Shown here: piece by piece, positions 31,459-39,767 of the stretch
Layout of the letters: each line of letters opens with the position of its first letter
How positions within the stretch are numbered: the stretch's first letter is position 1
Assembly (NCBI GenBank): GCA_964649615.1
Contig: CAZYPW010000007.1
Coordinates: forward strand, 8,734-72,733
Direction of reading: 5' to 3'
Length of the DNA: 64,000 bases
Origin: an uncultured Gammaproteobacteria bacterium
GTDB taxonomy: Bacteria > Patescibacteriota > Microgenomatia > Daviesbacterales > UBA10151
Made by a program: the position numbers and the translations under genes
Notes under the pieces: generated by a model
Databases searched by the model: none
What the model was told of the DNA's origin: nothing
Seen by the model: the letters and a program-made list of their open reading frames with translations, nothing else

Positions 31459-32897
31459 ATAGTATACCAGATCCAATTTTTAAAAAAGATTTAGATAAAA
31501 TTTCCTGGAAAAAAATTTATGATAGGGAATATGGAGTACAGTATTCTGAAGCAGCTGTATCTCTTTTGGCTTTTGCGAGTTATCATTTTCCTAAAACTTC
31601 CGTTGCACAAGTTATTATCCCCGGAGAAGGTAACAACACCTCATTTTATATTGATGATGTTTCTTGGCTAGAACTGGTAGAAGGTCTTAATAAGAAATAT
31701 ACTGTTAATGTAAAGCAATTAGAGAAATACGAGAGACAATTTTTATTTGATGGAAAAAATTATTTAAAAATTACTAAAAAAGTATCTAAACTCAATTTAA
31801 AAAAATTAACTAACAAACAACTACTTTCCCTATTTTTAGATCACCAGGACAAGAGGAATAAATACTCAGTGTTTGCTTGGTCTGCTTTTATTTTAAATAA
31901 CTATGTAGCAGACAGAGCAGTATCGATTTTAGAGCCTTACATTAAAAAGCATAATTTAGTAAATCAAAAACAGAGAATTATTGACGCTTTGTTTACACCT
32001 GAAAAACATGCGGCAGTATTACAATTACAACAAGAAGTAGAAAAACATAATGGAAAATTAACAAATAAACAGTTCGATACATTGTATGAGAAATTTAACT
32101 GGCTTTCTTGTTTAGATATTCAAAATAAACCCTGGAGTAAAGAGGAATTTAGACAACACATAAAATCATTTACTAAATCAGATAAAACAAACAAAATATC
32201 ATTTAGAGAAATTGTTAAAAAGTTAAAACCCTCAAAGAAAGATTTAGAATATCTCCAAATGGCAAAAAGGTTTGTTTATATAAAGGATGCAAGAGATGAC
32301 TTTAGGCGAGAAAGCGTATTTTATTCAATCAATTTATGGAAAGAAATAGGAAGAAGGATGGGAATTTCAGCAGAAGATACGAGCTATTTACAAGATTCGG
32401 AAATAATAGCCTTTTTGAAAGACAAGAATAATACTGATTTAGACAAAATTTCTCGATCGAGAAAAAATGGTTTTGTAATATATATTGGTTCCAATAAAAA
32501 AGTAATTTGTTCACAAGGAGACCATATACTTGCTGCTCTTAAGTTATTTAAATTAGACTTTGAGGAAGAGAAAACACAAGAGATAAAAGGAAGAGTTGCA
32601 TCAAAAGGGTTGGCGAAAGGTAATGTAGCAATTGTTAAAGGTGTAAAGGATTTGGATAAAGTAAAAATGGGAGATATCTTAATTGCTGTTACTACTCATC
32701 CGGATTATGTTTCGGCTATGAGGAAGGCTGTGGCAATTGTGACGGATGAAGGTGGAATTACATCTCATGCTGCGATAGTTTCCAGAGAATTTGGAATTCC
32801 TTGTATTGTTGGAACAAAACTTGCAACAAAAGTTTTAAGGGATGGAGATATGGTAGAAGTTGATGCTAACAGTGGGGTTGTAAAGAAACTAAATTAA
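31455..32897 (+). CDS. PEP-utilising enzyme mobile (phospho-His swivel) domain protein with large N-terminal substrate-binding region
   Basis: C-terminal IVTDEGGITSHAAIVSREFGIPCIVG; no pyruvate-binding barrel. Confidence 0.9.
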   Translation: MNSIPDPIFKKDLDKISWKKIYDREYGVQYSEAAVSLLAFASYHFPKTSVAQVIIPGEGNNTSFYIDDVSWLELVEGLNKKYTVNVKQLEKYERQFLFDGKNYLKITKKVSKLNLKKLTNKQLLSLFLDHQDKRNKYSVFAWSAFILNNYVADRAVSILEPYIKKHNLVNQKQRIIDALFTPEKHAAVLQLQQEVEKHNGKLTNKQFDTLYEKFNWLSCLDIQNKPWSKEEFRQHIKSFTKSDKTNKISFREIVKKLKPSKKDLEYLQMAKRFVYIKDARDDFRRESVFYSINLWKEIGRRMGISAEDTSYLQDSEIIAFLKDKNNTDLDKISRSRKNGFVIYIGSNKKVICSQGDHILAALKLFKLDFEEEKTQEIKGRVASKGLAKGNVAIVKGVKDLDKVKMGDILIAVTTHPDYVSAMRKAVAIVTDEGGITSHAAIVSREFGIPCIVGTKLATKVLRDGDMVEVDANSGVVKKLN

Positions 32898-33634
32898 TGT
32901 ATATTAAACTTTTTAATGAAATTTCCAAAAATGATGTAAAGGAGGTAGGTGGTAAGGGTGCATCTTTGGGGGAAATGACTAATGCTGGTATCCCAGTCCC
33001 TCCTGGATTTGTAATTACCACAGAAGCTAATGGTGTAATTCATGAAGAAGAAATATTAAAAGCCTTTGATACGCTAAATACTGAAAGAGTTTCTGTTAGG
33101 TCATCAGCAATCGCTGAAGATTCTTTAAGAGCTTCCTGGGCAGGGCAGTTAGAAACTTATTTAAATGTTACAAGAGAAAATCTAATTGAAAGTATTAAAA
33201 AGTGCCGGGAATCAGTAAAATCAGAAAGGGCAAAAACATATGCCAAGGAATATAGGTTATCAGATGATCAACTGGCTATGGCAGTAGTTATACAAAAAAT
33301 GGTCGATGCTAAAGCAGCTGGAGTTATGTTTACTGCTAATCCTGTAACTTCTGATAAAGAAGAAATAATGATTGAATCAGTTTTGGGATTAGGAGAGAAA
33401 CTTGTACAGGGATCAGTTACTCCGGATAACTTTATTGTTGATAAGGGAAGTGTAGATATAAAAAGTAAAGATTTACAAGGAGAGCAAACCATAGCTGATG
33501 AGGTAGTTAAGAAATTAGTAGAACTGGGAAAAAAGATAGAAAAGCACTGGGGAAGCCCACAAGATATAGAGTGGGCAATTGATACAGATAATATGATTTG
33601 GATCCTTCAATCAAGACCGATTACCAATTTGTAA
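32897..33634 (+). CDS. Stand-alone PPDK_N/ATP-grasp domain (PEP synthase/rifampin phosphotransferase-like N-terminal domain)
   Basis: VGGKGASLGE, VPPGFV, VRSSAIAED, AGVMFT, PQDIEW, LQSRPIT. Confidence 0.92.
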   Translation: MYIKLFNEISKNDVKEVGGKGASLGEMTNAGIPVPPGFVITTEANGVIHEEEILKAFDTLNTERVSVRSSAIAEDSLRASWAGQLETYLNVTRENLIESIKKCRESVKSERAKTYAKEYRLSDDQLAMAVVIQKMVDAKAAGVMFTANPVTSDKEEIMIESVLGLGEKLVQGSVTPDNFIVDKGSVDIKSKDLQGEQTIADEVVKKLVELGKKIEKHWGSPQDIEWAIDTDNMIWILQSRPITNL

Positions 33635-33670
33635 ACGATAGATTTTTTTAAGTTTTGGTATACTTCAGTC

Positions 33671-34477
33671 ATGAATAAACCAATTATTACTTTAACTTCT
33701 GATTTTGGAGTACAGAGTCAAGGAGTTGGAAATATGGAAGGGGTAATTGCCCAAATTGCCCCGGATGCCCGGATTATCCATCTAATGCATGGTTTACCCA
33801 GTTTTGATATCAGAGCTGGGGCACGCACCATGGAAGTTATCCAATTTATGCCTGTCGGTTTTCATGTATGTGTAGTTGATCCAGGAGTTGGTACATCCCG
33901 CAAGCCGATAATAATTCAGGTTAAAAGGGGAGATTATTTTATTGGTCCAGATAATGGAGTTTTTATATCTGCAGTTAATATTCTAGGAGGTCCCAAAAAA
34001 GTAGTAGAAATTACCAATCCTAAATTTATGATCCAGCCAGTTTCACCTATTTTTCATGGTAGACATATTTTTGTCCCGGCTGCAGCATATCTTGCTAAAG
34101 GTATCCAGATTGAAGAGTTTGGTTCAAAATTATCCTTTGATCAATTAGCCCCTGCTCCATATACAGAAGCTGTTTTAAGCAAGGGTGTGATAAATGCTGA
34201 AGTAATTAATATCAATAAATTCGGCTCGCTCAACCTTAATATTCTTCATAGTGTTTGGGATCAATTGAATCTTATGCTTGGACAAGTTGTAACAATTACC
34301 TTCAATCATAAAACAATGAAAATGCCTTTTGTAGAAACTTTTGGTCAGGTTAAGCCAGGCGAAGCTTTAGTTTTAAAAGATGATTATGGCAGGGTAGAAG
34401 TGGCCATTAATTTAGGAGATTTTGCCAAAAAATATCAGATTAAAATCGGTGATAAATTTAAATTTAGCAAACTTTAA
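33671..34477 (+). CDS. SAM hydrolase / SAM hydroxide adenosyltransferase (DUF62, fluorinase/chlorinase superfamily)
   Basis: ITLTSDFG, VVDPGVGTSR, GPDNG, FHGR; the Asp-Arg-His triad of the hydrolase branch is present. Confidence 0.9.
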   Translation: MNKPIITLTSDFGVQSQGVGNMEGVIAQIAPDARIIHLMHGLPSFDIRAGARTMEVIQFMPVGFHVCVVDPGVGTSRKPIIIQVKRGDYFIGPDNGVFISAVNILGGPKKVVEITNPKFMIQPVSPIFHGRHIFVPAAAYLAKGIQIEEFGSKLSFDQLAPAPYTEAVLSKGVINAEVININKFGSLNLNILHSVWDQLNLMLGQVVTITFNHKTMKMPFVETFGQVKPGEALVLKDDYGRVEVAINLGDFAKKYQIKIGDKFKFSKL

Positions 34478-34496
34478 TTAAAAGCCAAACCTAAAA

Positions 34497-34766
34497 TTAT
34501 TTAATCTCAAATTCTGAAAAGTTTTTAAGGGGATCTTTTCTTATTTCTACTTCTTCGACTTTGGCCAAAGTAGGGCTTTTGTGGCACCATGCCAAGAATT
34601 TATTTAAATTTTCCTTTTCCCCTTCAGCTTCTATATAAACAGACCCATCCTTTTCATTTCTGGCAAAACCTTTAATAGATAATTTATCTGCTTGGTCTTT
34701 GGCAGATACTCTAAAAAATACTCCCTGAACTAACCCTGTGACTTTAATATTTAAATGTTTTTTCAT
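34497..34766 (-). CDS. acyP: Acylphosphatase
   Basis: VTGLVQGVFFR, GFARNEKDGSV. Confidence 0.95.
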   Translation of the reverse strand: MKKHLNIKVTGLVQGVFFRVSAKDQADKLSIKGFARNEKDGSVYIEAEGEKENLNKFLAWCHKSPTLAKVEEVEIRKDPLKNFSEFEIK

Positions 34767-35554
34767 GTAAAATCCAAAACTAAAGGAAGATGATCAGAAA
34801 CCTCTTCTTCTAAAACCTTAAAATCTTTCAAATTGATATCTGAAGAGATAAAAGCATAATCTGCAAATTTTTGGAAATTTGGGGTTTTAGCATAAGGGCT
34901 TAAGTCACTTCTAGTTCTTGGGATATTATATTCTTTAATTAAATTTCTTAAATTCTCCTCAAATAGATTAATACACCTTGTATTGGGTAAGAGATTAAAG
35001 TCTCCAACAATTATCTTTGATCCAGTTTTAGAATTCATAATTTCTAATACTTTTTTGGTCTCCTTAAATCTATTTGGAGAATCAAGTTTATTAAAAGGAT
35101 ATGCAGTACCATGAAAGTTAAAAACCGAGAATTCTCTACCATCTACACTAAAACTAATATATTGAAGTGGAGTGGCCAGATTAGAAAAATCTGGCTTTAA
35201 AGCTCTAAAAGAATGATCCTGATATATAAAATAATCCTGATGGGAAGTTATTTTAATAGAATCTTTAACAAAAATAGCAGAACCATACTTTAGATCAAAT
35301 TTTACTTTGTGAGGCTTTATATCAGTATCAAATCCTTCTAAAGTTGGAAAGTAAAATACCCTAAATTTTGGTAAAATAATTCTTATTTCCTCAAGTAGAT
35401 TGGTCTGAATACTTTTCTGCAATTTTTTATCAGATTTTGTGGAATATATTTCTTGAAAACAGAAGATATCAGTATCTTTTGACTGATGTTTGATAAACTG
35501 GATTAGTGGTCTATACATTTTCCCACCCCAAGTATTTAGCGAAATAAGCTTCAT
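34763..35554 (-). CDS. Endonuclease/exonuclease/phosphatase (EEP) family protein
   Basis: ISLNTW, FCFQE, VGDFN, DYAF, SDHLPL. Confidence 0.92.
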   Translation of the reverse strand: MKLISLNTWGGKMYRPLIQFIKHQSKDTDIFCFQEIYSTKSDKKLQKSIQTNLLEEIRIILPKFRVFYFPTLEGFDTDIKPHKVKFDLKYGSAIFVKDSIKITSHQDYFIYQDHSFRALKPDFSNLATPLQYISFSVDGREFSVFNFHGTAYPFNKLDSPNRFKETKKVLEIMNSKTGSKIIVGDFNLLPNTRCINLFEENLRNLIKEYNIPRTRSDLSPYAKTPNFQKFADYAFISSDINLKDFKVLEEEVSDHLPLVLDFT

Positions 35555-35558
35555 AATT

Positions 35559-36338
35559 TTATGAAAACTCCAGAATCATGGGTAGATGATCAGATATCTC
35601 AATATCTGGAACCTGAAATTCTAAAACTTTTACATTAGGGGATACTAAAGTGTAATCTGCAAATTTGTCACCCCAGGTATAAAGCTTACTTCTGGTAGTA
35701 GGAATTTTATTTTCCTTAATTAAATTTATTAAATCTCGTTCTAAAATTTTTAGACTCTTGGTATTTATATTTAAATTAAAATCTCCACATAATATTTTTG
35801 CTTCCTCTTTATATTGAGCCAAAAAGTTAACAACTTTTTCAGACTGGCTAATTCTTGATGAATGATCTACCTTTTTCCCTTTTCTCCATACTCCATGTAA
35901 GTTACAAACGATGAACTTTTTATTTTGGTGGGCGAATGTTATATATTGCATATTTCTTGGTAGGGTATTTAAATCTTTGGGATTAAAACTATCTTTGGTA
36001 CGAAATACAAAAAAATCCCGGTATGAAGTAACTGGTAATTTTTTATTGATAAATATAGCTAACCCCCAGGAAAGATTAAAATTTATAAAATTAGGTTGAA
36101 AACTACCAGCTATGTAATTATCTACACAGGATGCAAAGTATCCTCGGTATTCAGGTAAGATTTTACAAAACTCCTCATACAGATTTAATCTAAAGCCTGC
36201 ACTTTCAGTAATATTAGAAGTTGTTTTAAACACTTCTTGCAGACAAAAAATATCAGTATCTTGTGAGTATTTCTTTATGAAATCCATTAAGGGTTGATAC
36301 ATTCTTCCTCCCCAGGTATTTAGCGCAATAAGCTTCAT
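35559..36338 (-). CDS. EEP family protein, paralog of the neighbour (start revised to ATG 36338)
   Basis: MKLIALNTWGGRMYQPL aligns with neighbour MKLISLNTWGGKMYRPL; FCLQE, CGDFN, SDHLPM; TATAAT just upstream. Confidence 0.92.
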   Translation of the reverse strand: MKLIALNTWGGRMYQPLMDFIKKYSQDTDIFCLQEVFKTTSNITESAGFRLNLYEEFCKILPEYRGYFASCVDNYIAGSFQPNFINFNLSWGLAIFINKKLPVTSYRDFFVFRTKDSFNPKDLNTLPRNMQYITFAHQNKKFIVCNLHGVWRKGKKVDHSSRISQSEKVVNFLAQYKEEAKILCGDFNLNINTKSLKILERDLINLIKENKIPTTRSKLYTWGDKFADYTLVSPNVKVLEFQVPDIEISDHLPMILEFS

Positions 36339-36379
36339 ACATAGAATTATACTCGAGTAGGTGGTAAAATTTAAGACTA

Positions 36380-36451
36380 CGGAGTGTAGTTCATCGGTAG
36401 AACGCTCGGCTGGGGGTCGAGAAGTAGGAGGTCCAATTCCTCTCACTCCGA
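36380..36451 (+). tRNA. tRNA-Pro(GGG), CCA not encoded
   Basis: Acceptor cggagtg/cactccg, anticodon arm ctcgg-ctGGGgg-tcgag, T arm ggagg-tccaatt-cctct. Confidence 0.93.
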
Positions 36452-36468
36452 CTTTTGTTATGTATATC

Positions 36469-36488
36469 CATGTATCCATACATAAATA
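36469..36488. promoter_or_regulatory. Candidate operator upstream of the recA promoter
   Basis: CATGTATCCATACATAAATA, 19/20 identical to the reverse complement of 43582-43601; recA TTGACA at 36510. Confidence 0.6.
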
Positions 36489-36545
36489 CACTAAGTAATT
36501 TTTGGGGTATTGACACCTTTGGGATATATTTGGTAATTTTAATTT

Positions 36546-38969
36546 ATGGCACAAACTTCAAATAACAACGAAGCTAAAAAAGCTGCAATTTCTGCTGCTA
36601 TGGCCCAGATTCAAAAAACTTACGGGACTGGTTCTATTATGAGGCTTGGTGAAAGAGCGGAAAAAATGACCACCCAGGTGATCTCCACAGGTTCTATTGC
36701 TTTGGATTTGGCGCTGGGAGTGGGAGGTCTTCCCAAAGGCAGGATTATTGAGGTTTATGGGCCTGAGGCGGGAGGAAAATGTGTTTCAACAGATACTATT
36801 GTTTTTACAGAACATGGAATGTTACCTATTGGTGTTTTCGGTGATTTATTTAAACCAGGCTTTCAAAAAAAGAATTTAAGCATATATTCTGAAGGTGGAA
36901 CTGCTACAACAAGCCACTTCTATAATAGTGGTTTTAAAAAAACTATTAAGATAAAAACTGCGTATGGTTATGAATTAGAGGCAACGCCTAATCATAGAAT
37001 TAGAATTATAGATAAAAAAGGTGACTACGTTTTTAGACGTTTAGATAAGTTGAAAGAAGGTGATCGGGTCGCTATACAGAGAGGCCAGGGGTATTTTGGT
37101 CAAGGTGTAAATTTATCTAATTTCAGATATATATTATCAAGGTACAATAACGGAAAGGAGTATGATGCTCCTTTAACAATTGATTCTCAGTTAGCGAAGT
37201 TAATGGGATATTTAGTTGGTGATGGCACATGTACATTAACAGGTTTGAGTAAAAATACTATTAGCATAACTATTGCCGATGACGAAGTAGCAGCAGATTT
37301 TATAGAAGTTTGTCTAAATATATTTGGTGAAGAACCAAAGGTGACTTTAGATAAACGTAGTAAAAATACTAAACAGTTTCGTATCCATAACGCCAAAGCT
37401 CGTTCATTTTTAGCCTATTGCGGTTTAGATTATAACTCCGCCGCAGATAAGCATATTCCTTACTCAATTATGCAGTCACCAAAACCGGTTGTAACCTCTT
37501 TTTTATCAGCTATATTTGAAACAGATGGGTGTTTCGTAACTAATACTATCGAATACTGTTCCAAATCAAAGGTTCTGGTTAGACAGATCCAGACTGTGCT
37601 ATTAAATTTTGGGATTATATCTAGGTTAAAAACTAGGATAGTAAGCGATAAGGAATACTTTTATCTTTACATTGATGGGCGTAACGATTTAGAGATATTT
37701 GCTCAAAATATTGGTTTTATTTCAATTAGAAAACAAAATAAATTACTGTCTTATACAGAAAAAAAAGTTAGTCAATATCAAAGTAATTGTGATACTTTAC
37801 CTATAAATAGAAAGATCCAGCAGTTAATGATAGATTATCGTAAAGGTGTAGGTACTACTACCAGAGAACACTGGGATGTAGTGTATGACTATCTACCTCA
37901 AACATCAGGATTTTCTATGCTGACATATCCACGCCTTAATAAAATATTAAAGACGTTTATTTCGGCTCAAACATTGGCAATTTACCAACACCTAAAGGAA
38001 ATATACTCAAAAAATATCTTTTATGACAGAATTGTCCGTATCTCTCCCTCTAAGTCAGTGGTAGTAGATTTTACTGTACCTTCTACAGCCTCCTTTTTTG
38101 GTAATGGATTTATTAATCATAATACTAGCATTTGCTTACATGTTATTGCAGAGGCTCAAAAAAAGGGTGGGGTGGCAGCTTTTATAGATGCAGAGCATGC
38201 GCTAGACCCACAAAGGGCCCAAAAAATTGGGGTGAACTTAGATGATCTTTTAATTTCCCAGCCTGATACAGGGGAGCAGGCCTTAGAAATTGCGGAGAGC
38301 CTCATACGCTCCGGGGGGATTGATGTTTTAGTGATAGATTCTGTAGCGGCATTGGTTCCCAGAGCTGAACTGGAAGGTGAGATGGGTGATGCGGTTATGG
38401 GGATGCAAGCCCGTTTAATGTCGCAAGCATTACGTAAGCTGACAGGAGCTGTTTCTAATACAAACACAATCATTATTTTTACAAATCAGCTGCGTCAAAA
38501 AATTGGGGTAATGTTTGGAAATCCGGAAACAACAACAGGGGGATTAGCTCTTAAGTTTTATTCATCAATAAGACTGGACGTCAGGAAAATTGAGAATATA
38601 AAGTCTGGTGATATGGTGGTGGGCTCAAGGCATAGAGTTAAAGTGGTTAAAAACAAAGTGGCTCCCCCATTTAGAATTGCAGAATTTGATATGGATGAAA
38701 ATGGAATTATTCATGAAGGAGAGATTTTGGATGTTGGTATAGAATTGGGGATTTTAACCAAGTCCGGAGCATTTTTAAAATGGGGAGAGAATATGTTAGG
38801 ACAAGGTAGAACTGCAGCTATAGATTATTTAAAGGCTAATAAAAAAGAAGCGGAAAAATTAGAGAAAGAAATAAGGGAAGCTTGGGGCAAACAAAAGGAA
38901 GGCAAAGAGAAAATAGTAGTAGGACCGCAAGAAGAAGAGGGCGCAGGAACCGTAGAAGAAGCCGTATAA
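36546..38969 (+). CDS. recA: RecA precursor containing an intein (spliced product ~359 aa)
   Basis: [19 protein letters not shown]|[29 protein letters not shown]. Confidence 0.98.
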   Translation: MAQTSNNNEAKKAAISAAMAQIQKTYGTGSIMRLGERAEKMTTQVISTGSIALDLALGVGGLPKGRIIEVYGPEAGGKCVSTDTIVFTEHGMLPIGVFGDLFKPGFQKKNLSIYSEGGTATTSHFYNSGFKKTIKIKTAYGYELEATPNHRIRIIDKKGDYVFRRLDKLKEGDRVAIQRGQGYFGQGVNLSNFRYILSRYNNGKEYDAPLTIDSQLAKLMGYLVGDGTCTLTGLSKNTISITIADDEVAADFIEVCLNIFGEEPKVTLDKRSKNTKQFRIHNAKARSFLAYCGLDYNSAADKHIPYSIMQSPKPVVTSFLSAIFETDGCFVTNTIEYCSKSKVLVRQIQTVLLNFGIISRLKTRIVSDKEYFYLYIDGRNDLEIFAQNIGFISIRKQNKLLSYTEKKVSQYQSNCDTLPINRKIQQLMIDYRKGVGTTTREHWDVVYDYLPQTSGFSMLTYPRLNKILKTFISAQTLAIYQHLKEIYSKNIFYDRIVRISPSKSVVVDFTVPSTASFFGNGFINHNTSICLHVIAEAQKKGGVAAFIDAEHALDPQRAQKIGVNLDDLLISQPDTGEQALEIAESLIRSGGIDVLVIDSVAALVPRAELEGEMGDAVMGMQARLMSQALRKLTGAVSNTNTIIIFTNQLRQKIGVMFGNPETTTGGLALKFYSSIRLDVRKIENIKSGDMVVGSRHRVKVVKNKVAPPFRIAEFDMDENGIIHEGEILDVGIELGILTKSGAFLKWGENMLGQGRTAAIDYLKANKKEAEKLEKEIREAWGKQKEGKEKIVVGPQEEEGAGTVEEAV
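36780..38123 (+). mobile_element. Intein (448 aa) with LAGLIDADG homing endonuclease, inserted in the RecA Walker A motif
   Basis: Begins with Cys (CVSTDT), block [18 protein letters not shown]-like LMGYLVGDG and [10 protein letters not shown], ends GFINHN followed by Thr. Confidence 0.95.
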
Positions 38970-38978
38970 TATTCTTTA

Positions 38979-39686
38979 ATGCCCAAAGTTACTTTATTAG
39001 AACCACAAAAGTCGTCCAAAGGACGATCTGCCTATGGCGGAAAAAACCCACACAGATTTAATATTTTTTTAGATGGTACTTTTGCTTTCGGAGCGGATGA
39101 GGATTTAGTTATTGAGCATCGGTTAGTGGTGGGAAAAATACTTGACACATCCGATGTGAAAAAACTGTTATTTGAGGTAGAAGTTGGTAAGCTGATGGAA
39201 CGAATGTATCGGTTATGGAATATTAGACCTAGATCAGAGAAAGAAATAAGAGATTATTTAAAAAGTTTATCTTTTAAAAGAAAAATTAAGGATCAAGAAG
39301 ACATTTCTGATGCAGCAGTTGAGCTTTTAATAAATAAATTAAAACAAAAGGGGTTATTAAATGATGAACAATTTGCTAATGTCTGGGTGGAAGCAAGAAG
39401 AAAAAGCAAGAAAAAGGGCAAGATTGCCCTAAAGATGGAACTTATTCAAAAGGGGATTAATAGAGATATTATAAATGAGGCAATTAAACAGTCTTCTGAA
39501 GAAGAACAACTATTAGCTGAGAGGGCTTTAGAGAAAAAAATAAAGGTTTGGGAAAAATTGCCTTACTTGGAATTTAAGAAAAAAGGCATGGAGTTTTTAT
39601 TAAGGCGTGGATTTGAATATGATGTAATCAAAAGTACAATTGAAAAAATCTTACAAAAGAGATACAATAGCAGAGAAGAAGAATGA
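38979..39686 (+). CDS. recX: Regulatory protein RecX
   Basis: RPRSEKEIRDYL, LLNDEQFA, ELIQKGI, FLLRRGF; follows recA. Confidence 0.93.
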   Translation: MPKVTLLEPQKSSKGRSAYGGKNPHRFNIFLDGTFAFGADEDLVIEHRLVVGKILDTSDVKKLLFEVEVGKLMERMYRLWNIRPRSEKEIRDYLKSLSFKRKIKDQEDISDAAVELLINKLKQKGLLNDEQFANVWVEARRKSKKKGKIALKMELIQKGINRDIINEAIKQSSEEEQLLAERALEKKIKVWEKLPYLEFKKKGMEFLLRRGFEYDVIKSTIEKILQKRYNSREEE

Positions 39687-39767
39687 GTAAAGTTATGATG
39701 AAATTCTTATCATTTTTAACTCCTCGATACTCTAAGTAATTAGAGTAATTTTTGATTCTTCTAAAAT

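Noticed and set aside
31455-33634. Annotation as PEP synthase (ppsA) or a frameshifted ppsA
   Set aside because: No pyruvate-binding barrel, domain order is reversed, and both ORFs are intact and translationally coupled
33671-34477. Possible fluorinase/chlorinase
   Set aside because: It has the FHGR His and DPGVGTxR of the SAM-hydrolase (DUF62) branch rather than halogenase-type residues
36339-36554. N-terminal 71-aa extension of the 35559..36554 ORF
   Set aside because: It overlaps tRNA-Pro and the recA promoter; paralog alignment and a -10 box place the start at 36338
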